Assembly (NCBI GenBank): GCA_025061115.1
Contig: JANZKC010000002.1
Span: 32,001 to 96,000 of the forward strand
Length of the DNA: 64,000 nucleotides
Source of the DNA: Candidatus Culexmicrobium cathedralense
GTDB taxonomy: Archaea > Thermoproteota > Methanomethylicia > Culexarchaeales > Culexmicrobiaceae
Direction of reading: 5' to 3'
Made by a program: the position numbers and the translations under genes. The notes below the pieces were generated by a model, which made no database searches, had not been told where the DNA came from, and was given only the letters and a program-made list of their open reading frames with translations. Shown one piece after another: positions 18,803-28,994 of this stretch. Numbering within the stretch: position 1 is the first letter of the stretch; every line of letters begins with the position of its first letter.

Positions 18803-20722
18803 ATGCGCAGAAGTTCTAAATGGACTATCAAAGCAGATTTGAGATGGTGCAAAAACTGCAACATTCCACTCCTCAGCCCAAAGTGCGATTTATGCGGAGA
18901 AGTTGGAGGAAGAATTCATGCATCTCCCCCATTAGATGTAAGGCCAGCATTTGAAAAAGACCTTCAAAAAATAAGGAAAAGCATTGCCGAAGAATTTGAC
19001 GACTGGAAATTGGCATACATGCTTATACCAAAAAGGAAAGTCGCTCTACTAAACAAAGTCACTTACATTGATCAAGCAGACGAAGTAATAGTTGACGGCT
19101 GGACTATTGGACACTGCTTTTACGACCCATTAAAGAACAAATGGAGATTTAAGCCAGTTGCAGAGGGATGCGCAAGAATAATTAATTTAGAAAGAGGCTA
19201 CTGGGCTCAGCTAAAAACCCATAAAGTCAAATTATGGGAAAAAATTCCAATTTCAAATGTCCTAAGGGGAAACATACCCCCACAAGAAGAAAAGTTCACA
19301 GCCATAGCTTCAAGAACAGGAAGCGCAATTGGAGTAGCAGTGAGAGAAGGCGACTACTTGAAGGTCATAAAGGTATGGAAGCCTCAAAAAACCCACATAA
19401 TAGAAGTCAACTCCACAATTAAAGACACCATTAAAGGAAATAGAAACCACATAGCGCACTTGGAAAGAAGAGCAATAGCATTCATAAAAGAAGTTAGCAA
19501 GAAAATAGGAAAACCAGTTATCGTCTCTTTCTCCGGAGGAAAGGATAGCCTCGCAACACTTCTACTCACTCTTGAAGCAATAGGCGAAACACCAATAATG
19601 TTCAACGACACGGGAATCGAAATGCCCGAAACAGTAAGCTACGTAAAGGAAGTTGCCGAATACTATGGATTAAAGCTCATTGAAGCAAGCGCACACAACG
19701 CTTTTTGGAACTCATTCGAAGTCTATGGCCCCCCAGCTAGAGACTACAGGTGGTGCTGCAAAATATGCAAGTTAATTCCAATAGCCACAATCATGAAAAA
19801 CCACTTCCCAGAAGGATCACTAAATCTAGTTGGCCAGAGAAAGTACGAGTCACTTGCCAGATCAAAATCCCCACAAGTATGGAAAAACAAGTGGATGCCA
19901 AGAATAATTGGAGCAAGCCCAATAATAGACTGGACTGCACTGCACGTATGGCTATACTTGATATGGAAGAACGCCAAGGTAAATCCGCTCTACTACATGG
20001 GCTTCGATAGAATTGGTTGCTGGCTATGCCCTTCATGCGAACTAGCGGAATTTAAGCTAGTTGAGGAAATACATCCAAGCTTATGGTTAAAGTGGGAGAG
20101 AAAGCTAAGTTCATGGGCTAAGCTCAAAGGATTCCCGGAGGAATGGGTTAAATATGGATTTTGGAGATGGCAGAGGATCCCGGGAGACCAAATGAAGTTG
20201 GCAAGCAAAGTTGGACTTAAAATAAACTTGCAAGAATACAGGGTGCATCGAGCGCCAGCTAAAATAGTTAAAATCAAAGGATTTGAACCATGTGCAGGCT
20301 CATACACTATCGAAGGAATCCTAGACACAAGCATAGACATAATTAAAGTCAAAAACATAGCTCCCGTCATTGGAGAAGTAAAGGCCTCAACAAATCTCGG
20401 AGCCATCTCAATCAAGTCCGAAATTGGAGAATTAGTCATAAGCACAACAGGAAGAATTGCAGCAACCTCCACAGACGAGATTTCTGCAGAAAAACTATTC
20501 AGCGAAGCATTAAAGGTCATATCAAGAAGCATGTACTGTACCCTATGCGGATCATGCATCAACATTTGTAGAGCTCAAGCAATATCATTAAATAATCCGC
20601 CTAAGGTAGATTTTAAGAAGTGCAATAGGTGTGGAAGATGCCAAGAAGCATGCCCAGCCTCAAGCTACATCGGTAAGCTACTGGCAGATCAATTTAAATG
20701 GCAGGTAGCAAAACATGATTAG
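18803..20722 (+). CDS. PAPS-reductase-family (PP-loop) protein with N-terminal Zn ribbon and C-terminal ferredoxin domain
   Basis: WCxxC...CxxCG, SFSGGKDS, RWCCKICK, RIGCWLCP and two CxxCxxCxxxC motifs. Confidence 0.88.
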   Translation: MRRSSKWTIKADLRWCKNCNIPLLSPKCDLCGEVGGRIHASPPLDVRPAFEKDLQKIRKSIAEEFDDWKLAYMLIPKRKVALLNKVTYIDQADEVIVDGWTIGHCFYDPLKNKWRFKPVAEGCARIINLERGYWAQLKTHKVKLWEKIPISNVLRGNIPPQEEKFTAIASRTGSAIGVAVREGDYLKVIKVWKPQKTHIIEVNSTIKDTIKGNRNHIAHLERRAIAFIKEVSKKIGKPVIVSFSGGKDSLATLLLTLEAIGETPIMFNDTGIEMPETVSYVKEVAEYYGLKLIEASAHNAFWNSFEVYGPPARDYRWCCKICKLIPIATIMKNHFPEGSLNLVGQRKYESLARSKSPQVWKNKWMPRIIGASPIIDWTALHVWLYLIWKNAKVNPLYYMGFDRIGCWLCPSCELAEFKLVEEIHPSLWLKWERKLSSWAKLKGFPEEWVKYGFWRWQRIPGDQMKLASKVGLKINLQEYRVHRAPAKIVKIKGFEPCAGSYTIEGILDTSIDIIKVKNIAPVIGEVKASTNLGAISIKSEIGELVISTTGRIAATSTDEISAEKLFSEALKVISRSMYCTLCGSCINICRAQAISLNNPPKVDFKKCNRCGRCQEACPASSYIGKLLADQFKWQVAKHD

Positions 20723-21443
20723 TCAACTAGAGAAGGTTAAGGCAATAGCTGTAGATGTAGATGGAACAATCACAGATGAAAGTGGAGCACTTCACCTGGA
20801 AGCAATAAAAGCACTGAGGGAAGTCAAAGAGAAAACAAGCGTAAAAATAGTATTAGCCTCAGGAAATGCGTACCCCGTGCTCATGGGCCTAGCCAGGTAT
20901 CTCGGAAATGTAGATCTGGTAATAGCCGAAAACGGAGGTGTAGTTGGATTTCAAAATAACTTCAAAATAATTGGCAGACCTGAAATAGGATTAAAAGCAA
21001 GAAAGCTCGTAAGCAGCAAGCTGGGATATATGCTATATGAAAGCTGGCAAAACAAGTTCAGGTTCGTGGACTTCGCATTCAAACTGAAAAGGGGATACAA
21101 TTGGAACGAAGCATTAGAAAAGGTTAGGCAACTAATTGAAAATGAAGTGCCTGAAGCAACAGCAGCATTTAGCGGAGTAGCAATACATGTTAAAGATAAG
21201 GTCGTTAACAAAGGTGCAGGATTAATCATGGCAGCCAAATTGTTAAGGCTAAGTCCAATGGACTTCCTAGCTATTGGAGATAGCGATGTCGACGTTGAAA
21301 TGATGATTAAAGCTGGAATCGGCATTGCAGTTGCAAACGCTTCTGAAAAGGCAATTAAAGTAGCCAAGATAATTACTAAAAATCCGAGAGGGCAAGGATT
21401 TGCTGAAGCCGTAAAAATGCTAATAAATGCTAAAATTAAATGA
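20715..21443 (+). CDS. Phosphoglycolate phosphatase (HAD superfamily, archaeal type)
   Basis: DVDGT, ASGN, AENGG, NKG, GDSDVD. Confidence 0.88.
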   Translation: MISQLEKVKAIAVDVDGTITDESGALHLEAIKALREVKEKTSVKIVLASGNAYPVLMGLARYLGNVDLVIAENGGVVGFQNNFKIIGRPEIGLKARKLVSSKLGYMLYESWQNKFRFVDFAFKLKRGYNWNEALEKVRQLIENEVPEATAAFSGVAIHVKDKVVNKGAGLIMAAKLLRLSPMDFLAIGDSDVDVEMMIKAGIGIAVANASEKAIKVAKIITKNPRGQGFAEAVKMLINAKIK

Positions 21444-21445
21444 AA

Positions 21446-21838
21446 TCAAGACTCAGCAATTTTACCTAACTTATCTATCACGCTATTAACATCATCATAA
21501 AATAGCGCAGTAACCTGTTTAGGGCAGAACATTAGCTCATCTTTAGCATTAACTGGAAGAACAACAACAGTCTTAAAGTCTTTTAAATCTATAGCCTTTG
21601 CGCATGAAGCTAAGGTAGCAATATTAACATCTTTAGGAGGAAGCACAAAGTCAATAGCCAATTTCCTATTATGACTACTAGCGACGATGTCGAACTTATG
21701 TCTAATGCCACTCTCACCTATGACGAAGCCTTCAACTTCAACTTGAAAACCCATACTTCTCAACGTTTTAACAATTAGTTCTCTCACAACTTTCACCTTA
21801 TTAATATACTCATCATCAGCCACCAGCATTCTACTCAA
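21446..21838 (-). CDS. PD-(D/E)xK restriction-endonuclease-like domain protein
   Basis: GESGIRHKFDIV motif typical of archaeal Mrr-like domains; catalytic ExK not evident. Confidence 0.6.
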   Translation of the reverse strand: MSRMLVADDEYINKVKVVRELIVKTLRSMGFQVEVEGFVIGESGIRHKFDIVASSHNRKLAIDFVLPPKDVNIATLASCAKAIDLKDFKTVVVLPVNAKDELMFCPKQVTALFYDDVNSVIDKLGKIAES

Positions 21839-21969
21839 ACTCAGCTAGGTTTGATATTTTAATATTATGTAATTAATTTACAAATCTTTACCATCAACAA
21901 TTTGTAAAAAAGAAAAAATTAAACGCCAAGCTAATAAGCATACTACAACCAAAAATAACCGGCGATCAA

Positions 21970-22428
21970 ATGACGTCCGATCCAATACCGATAATCACGC
22001 CAGATAACTTCATCCCATATCTATCTGGAAACTGGACGAGAATGGTGATTTACACCGCAATATCCATGCTAGTTGAAGCTGCACTATTCAAAATAGCTTA
22101 TAGGGAAAGCAAATGCCATAAGGCCATTGCATTTTTCAATCTAATATCAACGCCGATTTCCTGGATCTTCGCCGTCCTTTTGGCTTTACCCTTCACCTAC
22201 AACATAGTCATTGGCGAATTGAATCCAACGTCCCTACCAGAGTGGAAAATGGTTTCATGCATATACGCCTCGGTATACTTCATGACTTTCATCTTATTAA
22301 CATCACTTATAGAAATAGTATTATACTCAGCACTGAAAATTAAATGTAAAAAATTAACTTCAACAGTTTTAATTGCAAATTTCATTTCCTTACTTGCAAT
22401 TCTATTCGCATCCACCACTTTGCCCTAG
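21970..22428 (+). CDS. Hypothetical integral membrane protein (about 4 TM)
   Basis: Four hydrophobic stretches with a repeated E...NxIS pattern. Confidence 0.65.
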   Translation: MTSDPIPIITPDNFIPYLSGNWTRMVIYTAISMLVEAALFKIAYRESKCHKAIAFFNLISTPISWIFAVLLALPFTYNIVIGELNPTSLPEWKMVSCIYASVYFMTFILLTSLIEIVLYSALKIKCKKLTSTVLIANFISLLAILFASTTLP

Positions 22429-22443
22429 CTTTGGGATGAGCTC

Positions 22444-23427
22444 ATGAGCGCAAAGATAGGGATAAATGGAGCAATAAAAATTGGAAAGTACTTCGCATGC
22501 GATGCGCATGACCCAGCTAGCGAAGTTAGAGTAGTTACCCATGCTCACTTCGACCACATAATAAACCTCAATTCAAGCTTAAAGGAAAGCAAAAGGGTTG
22601 TCATGACCGAAGCAACGAGAGACCTACTTCAAGTAATTAAGAGAAAGCTCAATCTTAAGAGCAAAGTTCTACCAGCACGGTATGGTGAAACGCTCAAGTG
22701 GAAGGATCAGAAGCTAACTCTCCATTATGCAGACCACATTATTGGTGCTGCCCAAGTGCTCGTCGAAGATGAGAAAGGAAATAGAATCGTCTATACGGGG
22801 GATTTCAGGCTGCCAAAAACTCCAATTCTGGATGCAGACATACTCATAATGGAAGCAACATACGGTAAGCCGGACCTCAAAAGACCTCCAACAGACGTCA
22901 TAAGAGAAGCACTAGTCAAGTTGGTGAAGAAAAGCCTCGCTATAGGACCCGTCCACATATTCGGCTTCCATGGCAAAGCTCAAGAGGTCATGGAGCTTCT
23001 AAGGAACAGCGGATTCACTCAGCCATTCATAGCCACATCCAAAGTTTATATAGTAACCGAAGTTTGCAGAAAGCATGGAATGAGAGTGGGGGAAGTTCTA
23101 CTTAAGGGAACTATGGAAGCCGAGGAAGTCATGAAGAGTGGAGAGTACATAATGTTCCACCACGCTTCAACCCTAAGAACAGTTAAGATTAACGGAGTAA
23201 AAATACACTTAACTGGCTGGGAATTTAGAAAAATTATTTGGAAAGTAGCAAACAAACATTACAGAGTGGCACTTAGCGACCACGCAGACTTCACACAACT
23301 AATACTTTACGCGGCTACAAGTAAGCCTAAACTCGTCATAACCGACAACTATAGAGTTGGATACGCAGCCATTCTTGCGAAGGAAATAGAAAGGCGCCTA
23401 GGCATAAAGGCAATTCCAATGCCATGA
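22444..23427 (+). CDS. Metallo-beta-lactamase-fold (beta-CASP-like) nuclease
   Basis: THAHFDH, DHIIGA, YTGDF, EATYG, LSDHADF. Confidence 0.88.
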   Translation: MSAKIGINGAIKIGKYFACDAHDPASEVRVVTHAHFDHIINLNSSLKESKRVVMTEATRDLLQVIKRKLNLKSKVLPARYGETLKWKDQKLTLHYADHIIGAAQVLVEDEKGNRIVYTGDFRLPKTPILDADILIMEATYGKPDLKRPPTDVIREALVKLVKKSLAIGPVHIFGFHGKAQEVMELLRNSGFTQPFIATSKVYIVTEVCRKHGMRVGEVLLKGTMEAEEVMKSGEYIMFHHASTLRTVKINGVKIHLTGWEFRKIIWKVANKHYRVALSDHADFTQLILYAATSKPKLVITDNYRVGYAAILAKEIERRLGIKAIPMP

Positions 23428-23496
23428 TCGCTCAAGTAACTTTATAACTGAAAAAACCAAAAATGAATTGGCGAAAAGATAAGGCAAAGTGGTAGT

Positions 23497-24051
23497 ATGA
23501 GAATATTCAAGTTCTTCCGCAAAGAGAAAAAATCCCCTGAGCAGCTAGTTAAGGAGTTCGAAATTGGAAGAAAAGCACTTTTACAGAAAGTGAGGGAGGT
23601 GTCCAGCGACCTTAGAAGCAAAGGTTACAGGGTTCTGGAACTAATTCCACTAATAGCTTCAGTTGGAAAAGCAGAAAAGAAAAAGCCATTCGGCCTAATG
23701 CTAGTAGTTCCAACCGAACTATTTAGGAAATTCCACGAATACGCTGACATGGGCAAGTACAGCAACAATCAGCTAAGCATGTTCTTTGTCGGAGACTATG
23801 CATTCCTCTTAATTACAGCTAGAGATGACGAGAAGAAACTTGCAATATGCTATTCATCAGCATTTAGGAAGAAACACGTTAAGAAAATTCGAAGTATGGA
23901 TACTATATACGTATACATAATAGATGGCCAAACCTCAAAGTACACCCTAATATACTTCCCAAACGTCAAATGGGAAGCACCTAAAGCTTTAAAGAGCGGC
24001 CTTGAAGAAAAGAGTAAAAGCGAAAAACGCCCCTCAACGCAAAGCTGGTGA
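23497..24051 (+). CDS. Hypothetical protein
   Basis: 184-aa ORF with normal codon use; no firm family call. Confidence 0.65.
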   Translation: MRIFKFFRKEKKSPEQLVKEFEIGRKALLQKVREVSSDLRSKGYRVLELIPLIASVGKAEKKKPFGLMLVVPTELFRKFHEYADMGKYSNNQLSMFFVGDYAFLLITARDDEKKLAICYSSAFRKKHVKKIRSMDTIYVYIIDGQTSKYTLIYFPNVKWEAPKALKSGLEEKSKSEKRPSTQSW

Positions 24052-24060
24052 GGTGAAAGC

Positions 24061-24258
24061 GTGAAAAGCGCAATTAAAAGCATAGTAATACCAGTAGCAT
24101 CATTTATGATATTTCTCTCAAGCTACATTTCCTGGATGGCTGAAAGAATTCTGCGCTTTAGCCACACTTCAAGTGCAGTATTAGGTATAATCGTAATAAT
24201 CTTAGGCATTTTAACAATATACTACTGTGAGGGAAGAATAAGGTTCAAGAGACCGTAA
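24061..24258 (+). CDS. Small two-TM membrane protein
   Basis: GAGGTGA before GTG; two hydrophobic helices. Confidence 0.6.
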   Translation: MKSAIKSIVIPVASFMIFLSSYISWMAERILRFSHTSSAVLGIIVIILGILTIYYCEGRIRFKRP

Positions 24259-24262
24259 AGAA

Positions 24263-25420
24263 CTACCTCGCCCTAATCTCCACCACATCTCCATCAGCGA
24301 GAACGTGATTAGCTCCAACCTTCTGCCCGCCAAATTTCACGGAACTACCCCAAACTTTAGCATATTTAAATTCCTTGTAAAGCCTGCTGTGAATCATTTT
24401 TGCAACATCAATAACCCTAGTTCCAACCGGAACTACTAGCGGTTTACTAGCAACTTCACCTCCAACCTCCTTAGTGTAAATTCTAATAACTCCCAAAAGG
24501 CTGAAAATTTCACGCTTAACCACATCCAAATTTTGCTTAGAAATTGTAGAGAATGGAATTACCTTAACAGCCCCCTTAAGAGCCCTAGATAACCTATCAA
24601 AGTTAACTCTAGCTATTTCGGAGTCATATTTGTTCGCAATGATTATTGAAGGCTTATAAACGACGTTTAAGCCGATGTATTCTTCAACATCCTTGATAGA
24701 TACATCTCCCCATATCTTCACTATAGCGCTCGTTATTCCATAATCCGCAAGCAATTGTTTCACATCATCCAAGCTACAGTCAATGAAATTGCCAGTGCAA
24801 AAAACTTGAATGCCACCTGAGGATTTTCTTTCAATATCTATCCTAACTTTAGGCCTCTTCAGGATAATTCTAGCTTGCCTCAAGCTTTCAACCATAAATT
24901 TAAGTTGATGAAATGGATTCCTAGTCAGGTCAACTAGCAATATTAGAGCATCAGCGTTCCTAGCTAAACTTAAAACCTGAGATAGCCATGGAGCTTCGGG
25001 AAAAATGGCTGGAGCCTCAACCAACTGCACTTGCACTCCATCAAAAATCATCATTCCGGGAACAGGCATCCTAGTGGTACACGGCACATCAGATATCCTC
25101 GGCTTAGCATTGGTTAAAGTAGCTAAAAAGCTGCTCTTTCCACTTTTAGTATCTCCTAGAATAACTACTTGGCCCGCCCCATCTTTCTTTATTGCAAATT
25201 TCCCACTTGTAGCTTTAGTCCTCTTCCTCTTTCTCTCCTCCAGCTCAACCTTAAGCTGAGAAAGCCTTCTCCTTAATTGCCTTCGAATCTTCTCGGTGCC
25301 CTTATGCGCAGGAATTGCTGAAATTAAAGCTTCTAGAATCCTAATCTTCTCTGGTAAAGTTCTAGCCTCTTGATATTCCCTCATAAGAGCTTTTGCTTGT
25401 GGAGGAAGGTTTGCAGGCAT
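24263..25420 (-). CDS. DRG/Obg-family GTPase with C-terminal TGS domain
   Basis: MPANLPP, HKGTEK, GxxxSGKSS, NKYD and TGS (IH...F.YA.VWG.S.KF.GQ.VG..H.L.DGD). Confidence 0.92.
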   Translation of the reverse strand: MPANLPPQAKALMREYQEARTLPEKIRILEALISAIPAHKGTEKIRRQLRRRLSQLKVELEERKRKRTKATSGKFAIKKDGAGQVVILGDTKSGKSSFLATLTNAKPRISDVPCTTRMPVPGMMIFDGVQVQLVEAPAIFPEAPWLSQVLSLARNADALILLVDLTRNPFHQLKFMVESLRQARIILKRPKVRIDIERKSSGGIQVFCTGNFIDCSLDDVKQLLADYGITSAIVKIWGDVSIKDVEEYIGLNVVYKPSIIIANKYDSEIARVNFDRLSRALKGAVKVIPFSTISKQNLDVVKREIFSLLGVIRIYTKEVGGEVASKPLVVPVGTRVIDVAKMIHSRLYKEFKYAKVWGSSVKFGGQKVGANHVLADGDVVEIRAR

Positions 25421-25468
25421 ACCCAAGAAAAAATAGCATATGACTCTAATATTTCGTTCGCAATGAAC

Positions 25469-26446
25469 TTAACTCAAAATTGGAAAGGGCTCTTCATCAA
25501 AAATGGCCACTGCAGGCTCATCCATTCCAGAAGCCATTAAAGCCCTTCCCATTCCTGCAGTGTTAAATGCAAAGCCCCAATTTCCCTTATCATCAACGGC
25601 TATTATACCAGCATTACCTTTGCCAAATTTATTCGTAATCAAGTCTATGGCTGCTTCACATGCCTTCTGCGCAGATACGCCTGCTCTCATCAAGTCGCAG
25701 CAGAATTTCGATAGAGTTAATCTTGCAATAAGCTCTCCAATTCCAGTTGCAGATGCAGCTCCACCATTATTGTCAGCGTAAAATCCGCAGCCAACTAGAG
25801 GAACATCGCCCACTCTGCCTGGAAGCTTAAGCCAATATCCTCCGGTTGAAACTGCAGATGCAACATTACCTTCCGAGTCTATAGCAACTGCTCCAACAGT
25901 TCCAGTAAAATCGAAAAGCCCCTTCCTCTCGAGAATCATCTTCCTTATTTTAAGCATTCTGGAGCGCTTACCTTCAATCCAATCATTATATACGCGCTCA
26001 AAGCGCTTCAATTTAGCTTCAGTAATTAAATTCCCGCATCGCTTAAATCCAAAGAATTCAGCCAGCCTTTCGGCAGCCTCACCAACAATCAATATGTGGT
26101 CAGTTTCCTCCATAATCCTCCTCGCAATTGAAACTGGATTTTTAAATCCACTTATGCAGGCAACTGCTCCAACGCACAGGTCTCTGCCATCCATAATTGC
26201 AGCGTCCATTTCAACTTTCTTATTAAGGCTTAGAACCGAACCTAAACCTGCATTAAATACTCCGCTGTCCTCCATCACTTTAACTGCAACTTCAACTGCG
26301 TCAAGAGCAGACTTGGAGCTCAAAGCATCAAAGCCCTCAGCAGCGGCTTTCTTAAGCCAAACTCTGCGCTTCTCAAGATCCTCAGCGGCAAATCGCTTAT
26401 AGTTGCCAGCTCCACCATGAATTAAAATTACAGGTCCAACCTTCAA
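25469..26446 (-). CDS. Isoaspartyl peptidase / L-asparaginase (Ntn hydrolase)
   Basis: IHGGAG, FNAG.GS, EMDAAIMDG, autocleavage site G|TVGAVA, STGG, GRVGD. Start TTG 26446 or ATG 26458. Confidence 0.93.
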   Translation of the reverse strand: MKVGPVILIHGGAGNYKRFAAEDLEKRRVWLKKAAAEGFDALSSKSALDAVEVAVKVMEDSGVFNAGLGSVLSLNKKVEMDAAIMDGRDLCVGAVACISGFKNPVSIARRIMEETDHILIVGEAAERLAEFFGFKRCGNLITEAKLKRFERVYNDWIEGKRSRMLKIRKMILERKGLFDFTGTVGAVAIDSEGNVASAVSTGGYWLKLPGRVGDVPLVGCGFYADNNGGAASATGIGELIARLTLSKFCCDLMRAGVSAQKACEAAIDLITNKFGKGNAGIIAVDDKGNWGFAFNTAGMGRALMASGMDEPAVAIFDEEPFPILS

Positions 26447-26462
26447 TTCAACCACCATCCAA

Positions 26463-26756
26463 CTAGCTTTCTTCTTCAACAGCTTTACTCATAAACTTCT
26501 CCAAGTACTCCTCAATAGAGCGAACCTTAACATTCTTAACTTCCAATAGCCCCCAAACACCTGGCGATAAGAGCTTAAACAAGTGCTCAAAACCGCAATT
26601 AAAGCACATCATTAAAGCGTATATTTCTTCATTAGGCTTCATGAAATTCTCCGCATAAACTTTGCAAATCTCAAGTGAGCCCCCGCACTTACTACACCTT
26701 AAAATCATCCTTCCATCCCTGACAACCTCTAAAACTTGATTGTAATTCAATGCCAT
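26463..26756 (-). CDS. Small Zn-ribbon protein
   Basis: CSKCGG...CFNCG; GGAGGG before ATG. Confidence 0.7.
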   Translation of the reverse strand: MALNYNQVLEVVRDGRMILRCSKCGGSLEICKVYAENFMKPNEEIYALMMCFNCGFEHLFKLLSPGVWGLLEVKNVKVRSIEEYLEKFMSKAVEEES

Positions 26757-26922
26757 CCCTCCTAAGGGTCAACTGCCAACGCTAATTGAAGAATAGATGA
26801 AGTTAATTTAAGCATTACTCCCTTATAGATTAAAGTGCAAGTCAAGCGCGCTTACACCAATCAACATTTGATGAAATCACAACAATCACATAAGGTAGCC
26901 ACTTAAAATAAAAGCTAGGAAA

Positions 26923-27657
26923 TTAAATCTCAAGACTCAAAAAATCTTCAGCCACAATTACTTCACCGTCAAAAATGGAAGATGCTTCCTCCACCAACTT
27001 AGCCTCATCTTCACGGAAAATGTGAAACAAAGCCAGCTTCTTAACCTTAGCTAGACGAGCTACTTCACCAGCAACACTCGCAGTTGAATGACCAGTTCTG
27101 AATGCAAGATCTGCACGGCTACTACTAAAAGACGATTCATGAATTAGGAGATCAGCATTTTCAGCCAGCTTAACGAGGTTACCGCTAAATCTCGTGTCGC
27201 CGCTATAGCAAATGCTAATTCCACGCCTATTAACTCTATAAGCAATAGTTGGTATAGTGTGAGAAACCTCGCAAGTTGCGAACTCTTCCAGCGAAGTGCC
27301 GCCTACAATCTCCTTGACATCAATGGCATATGATATAAAGTCATCAGGAGTGTTAAGCGCTTGAAGTAGCGTGCAAATAGTTCTTCGAACTCCAACTGGA
27401 CCAAAAATAACAAATTTACTCCTCCTACCCTCAAGCTCCATAGCCCAAAGCAAAGGAACAATATCTGCAATGTGATCAGCATGACAATGCGAAATCAATA
27501 GGCAACTTAAGTCGAGCAAATCAACTTTTAAATGCCTCAAATTTCTCAGTGCTCCACTGCCACAGTCAATTAAAACGTCATTATCAACTAGAATACATGG
27601 GCAACATCTCTTTTCAGTTACAACAGGGCCGCCTGATCCAACAAACGTGACTTTCAT
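26923..27657 (-). CDS. RNase Z-like MBL-fold hydrolase
   Basis: LIDCGSG, SHCHADH, YSGDT, HESS, GHST, LFH. Confidence 0.88.
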   Translation of the reverse strand: MKVTFVGSGGPVVTEKRCCPCILVDNDVLIDCGSGALRNLRHLKVDLLDLSCLLISHCHADHIADIVPLLWAMELEGRRSKFVIFGPVGVRRTICTLLQALNTPDDFISYAIDVKEIVGGTSLEEFATCEVSHTIPTIAYRVNRRGISICYSGDTRFSGNLVKLAENADLLIHESSFSSSRADLAFRTGHSTASVAGEVARLAKVKKLALFHIFREDEAKLVEEASSIFDGEVIVAEDFLSLEI

Positions 27658-27703
27658 GGAAACACCCCAAACACGCCATGGGAAATAATGATGATTACCC
27701 GCA

Positions 27704-28264
27704 CTAAAGTGAAATTTTTCCAGACTTCTCCAACCTCTTAACTATCAATAGAGTGAGCATAATGGAAATAGGCGCAGGCGCATAAACCATAAGAAATGAA
27801 GCTTGAAGAGCATAGTCAAGGCTAGCAAACGACCCAAGTTCAGGCATCAAAGTCATGGCTAAAAACCATAACCCAAAAGCAATGATAATCGATCCAACAA
27901 ACAAGCCTAGAATAGAAGATAAAATAATAGCGTATATCCAGCCGACATTCCTAAGCCTCAAACGCCTATAAGCAAAGCCCATCAAACAGAAGCCTGCAAA
28001 GTTGGCCGGAGTGCCGCTAAATATTGTTAAAAGTGGAGTGTGATATCTAGCTATACTTGCAATGAAAGTTCCCAAAGCAGCGCTCAATCCAGCAACTATG
28101 GGGCTAAACATTACTGAAGCAATCATAGGAATAGCTATTGCTGGTCTAAATTGAATGAAAAACGGCCCAGTAGGAATATATGCAGTTAAAAGTGAAGCTA
28201 CAGCGTAAAGTGCAGCAAATATGCTCACGTTAACCGCATCCTTAGAGCTAAGCAATAGCACCAC
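27704..28264 (-). CDS. ECF transporter S component
   Basis: About 6 TM helices, FAALYAV N-terminus, QFRPA, P..G..SAALG. Confidence 0.75.
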   Translation of the reverse strand: MVLLLSSKDAVNVSIFAALYAVASLLTAYIPTGPFFIQFRPAIAIPMIASVMFSPIVAGLSAALGTFIASIARYHTPLLTIFSGTPANFAGFCLMGFAYRRLRLRNVGWIYAIILSSILGLFVGSIIIAFGLWFLAMTLMPELGSFASLDYALQASFLMVYAPAPISIMLTLLIVKRLEKSGKISL

Positions 28265-28300
28265 CGCTAAACAATAAATTCAGCCACATTATTACGTTTA

Positions 28301-28540
28301 CCGTTTCCTGTCCTAGGTCATTCTAGGTCCTTGGTAGAATGCTCCGCGTCTCTACCCATGCTTCATTGCAGTTACAATCCACTTCACATAGGCGTAATTG
28401 CCGCCCTTCATCCTCACCGGCATGGAGGACACATCTAGGAAGTGTTTTATAAACAGATTCATAGCACCCATATAACGTCTCTATCAACGTGCGAAACGCA
28501 TCCAGGGCATTTCATTATCCTCGATTCAACGTAAATTGAG
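28301..28540 (-). mobile_element. tnpB: Degenerate 3' remnant of an IS607/IS200-family tnpB with a probable right end
   Basis: Hand translation RIMKCPGC.SHVDRDVI/GAMNL (Zn finger plus RuvC-III DRD..GA.N, frameshifted), then two GACCTAG direct repeats and GAAACGG ending at 28301. Confidence 0.65.
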
Positions 28541-28598
28541 ACAAACATTGAAAGGTTTTTAATACTCTTTCTAATTAGTCTAGAGGGGAGAGAGTAGG

Positions 28599-28994
28599 GT
28601 GAAAGTTTTGCCTGGAAGAATAATGACTACGCTAATCATAGAAGTACCTGAAAGCGATTTAGCCAGCAAAATGGCGATCATAAGTGAACTTCACCGAAAT
28701 AGAATAGTGTATGACGTTGATGATGCAGGGAACATCCTCATAGACGGTTTTGAGCTAGAGAAAGTTAAGGAAAATAGAACTGATTATTTCTTCATAAAAT
28801 ACGAGCTTTCAGGCAGAACTTTAATTAAGTGGGTGTATGTCAGGGCCAGAGAGCCTGGCGCGTATTATCGAATCAAAGCCGTGCACTGCGCTTCCGCAAA
28901 GTCTTACATTAAAGCTTTAAAGCGAAGAATGCTGCCTGCAAGCTACGTCAAACTAGCAATGTGCGCGCAGAAAGTTGAAGAGAACTACGCTTAA
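28599..28994 (+). CDS. Hypothetical protein
   Basis: 131-aa ORF after GAGGGGAG; stop overlaps the stop of the convergent ATPase gene. Confidence 0.7.
   Translation: MKVLPGRIMTTLIIEVPESDLASKMAIISELHRNRIVYDVDDAGNILIDGFELEKVKENRTDYFFIKYELSGRTLIKWVYVRAREPGAYYRIKAVHCASAKSYIKALKRRMLPASYVKLAMCAQKVEENYA

Noticed and set aside
28300-28440. Riboswitch or H/ACA RNA upstream of the ECF S component
   Set aside because: Better explained as a tnpB 3' end; no riboswitch consensus recognised.
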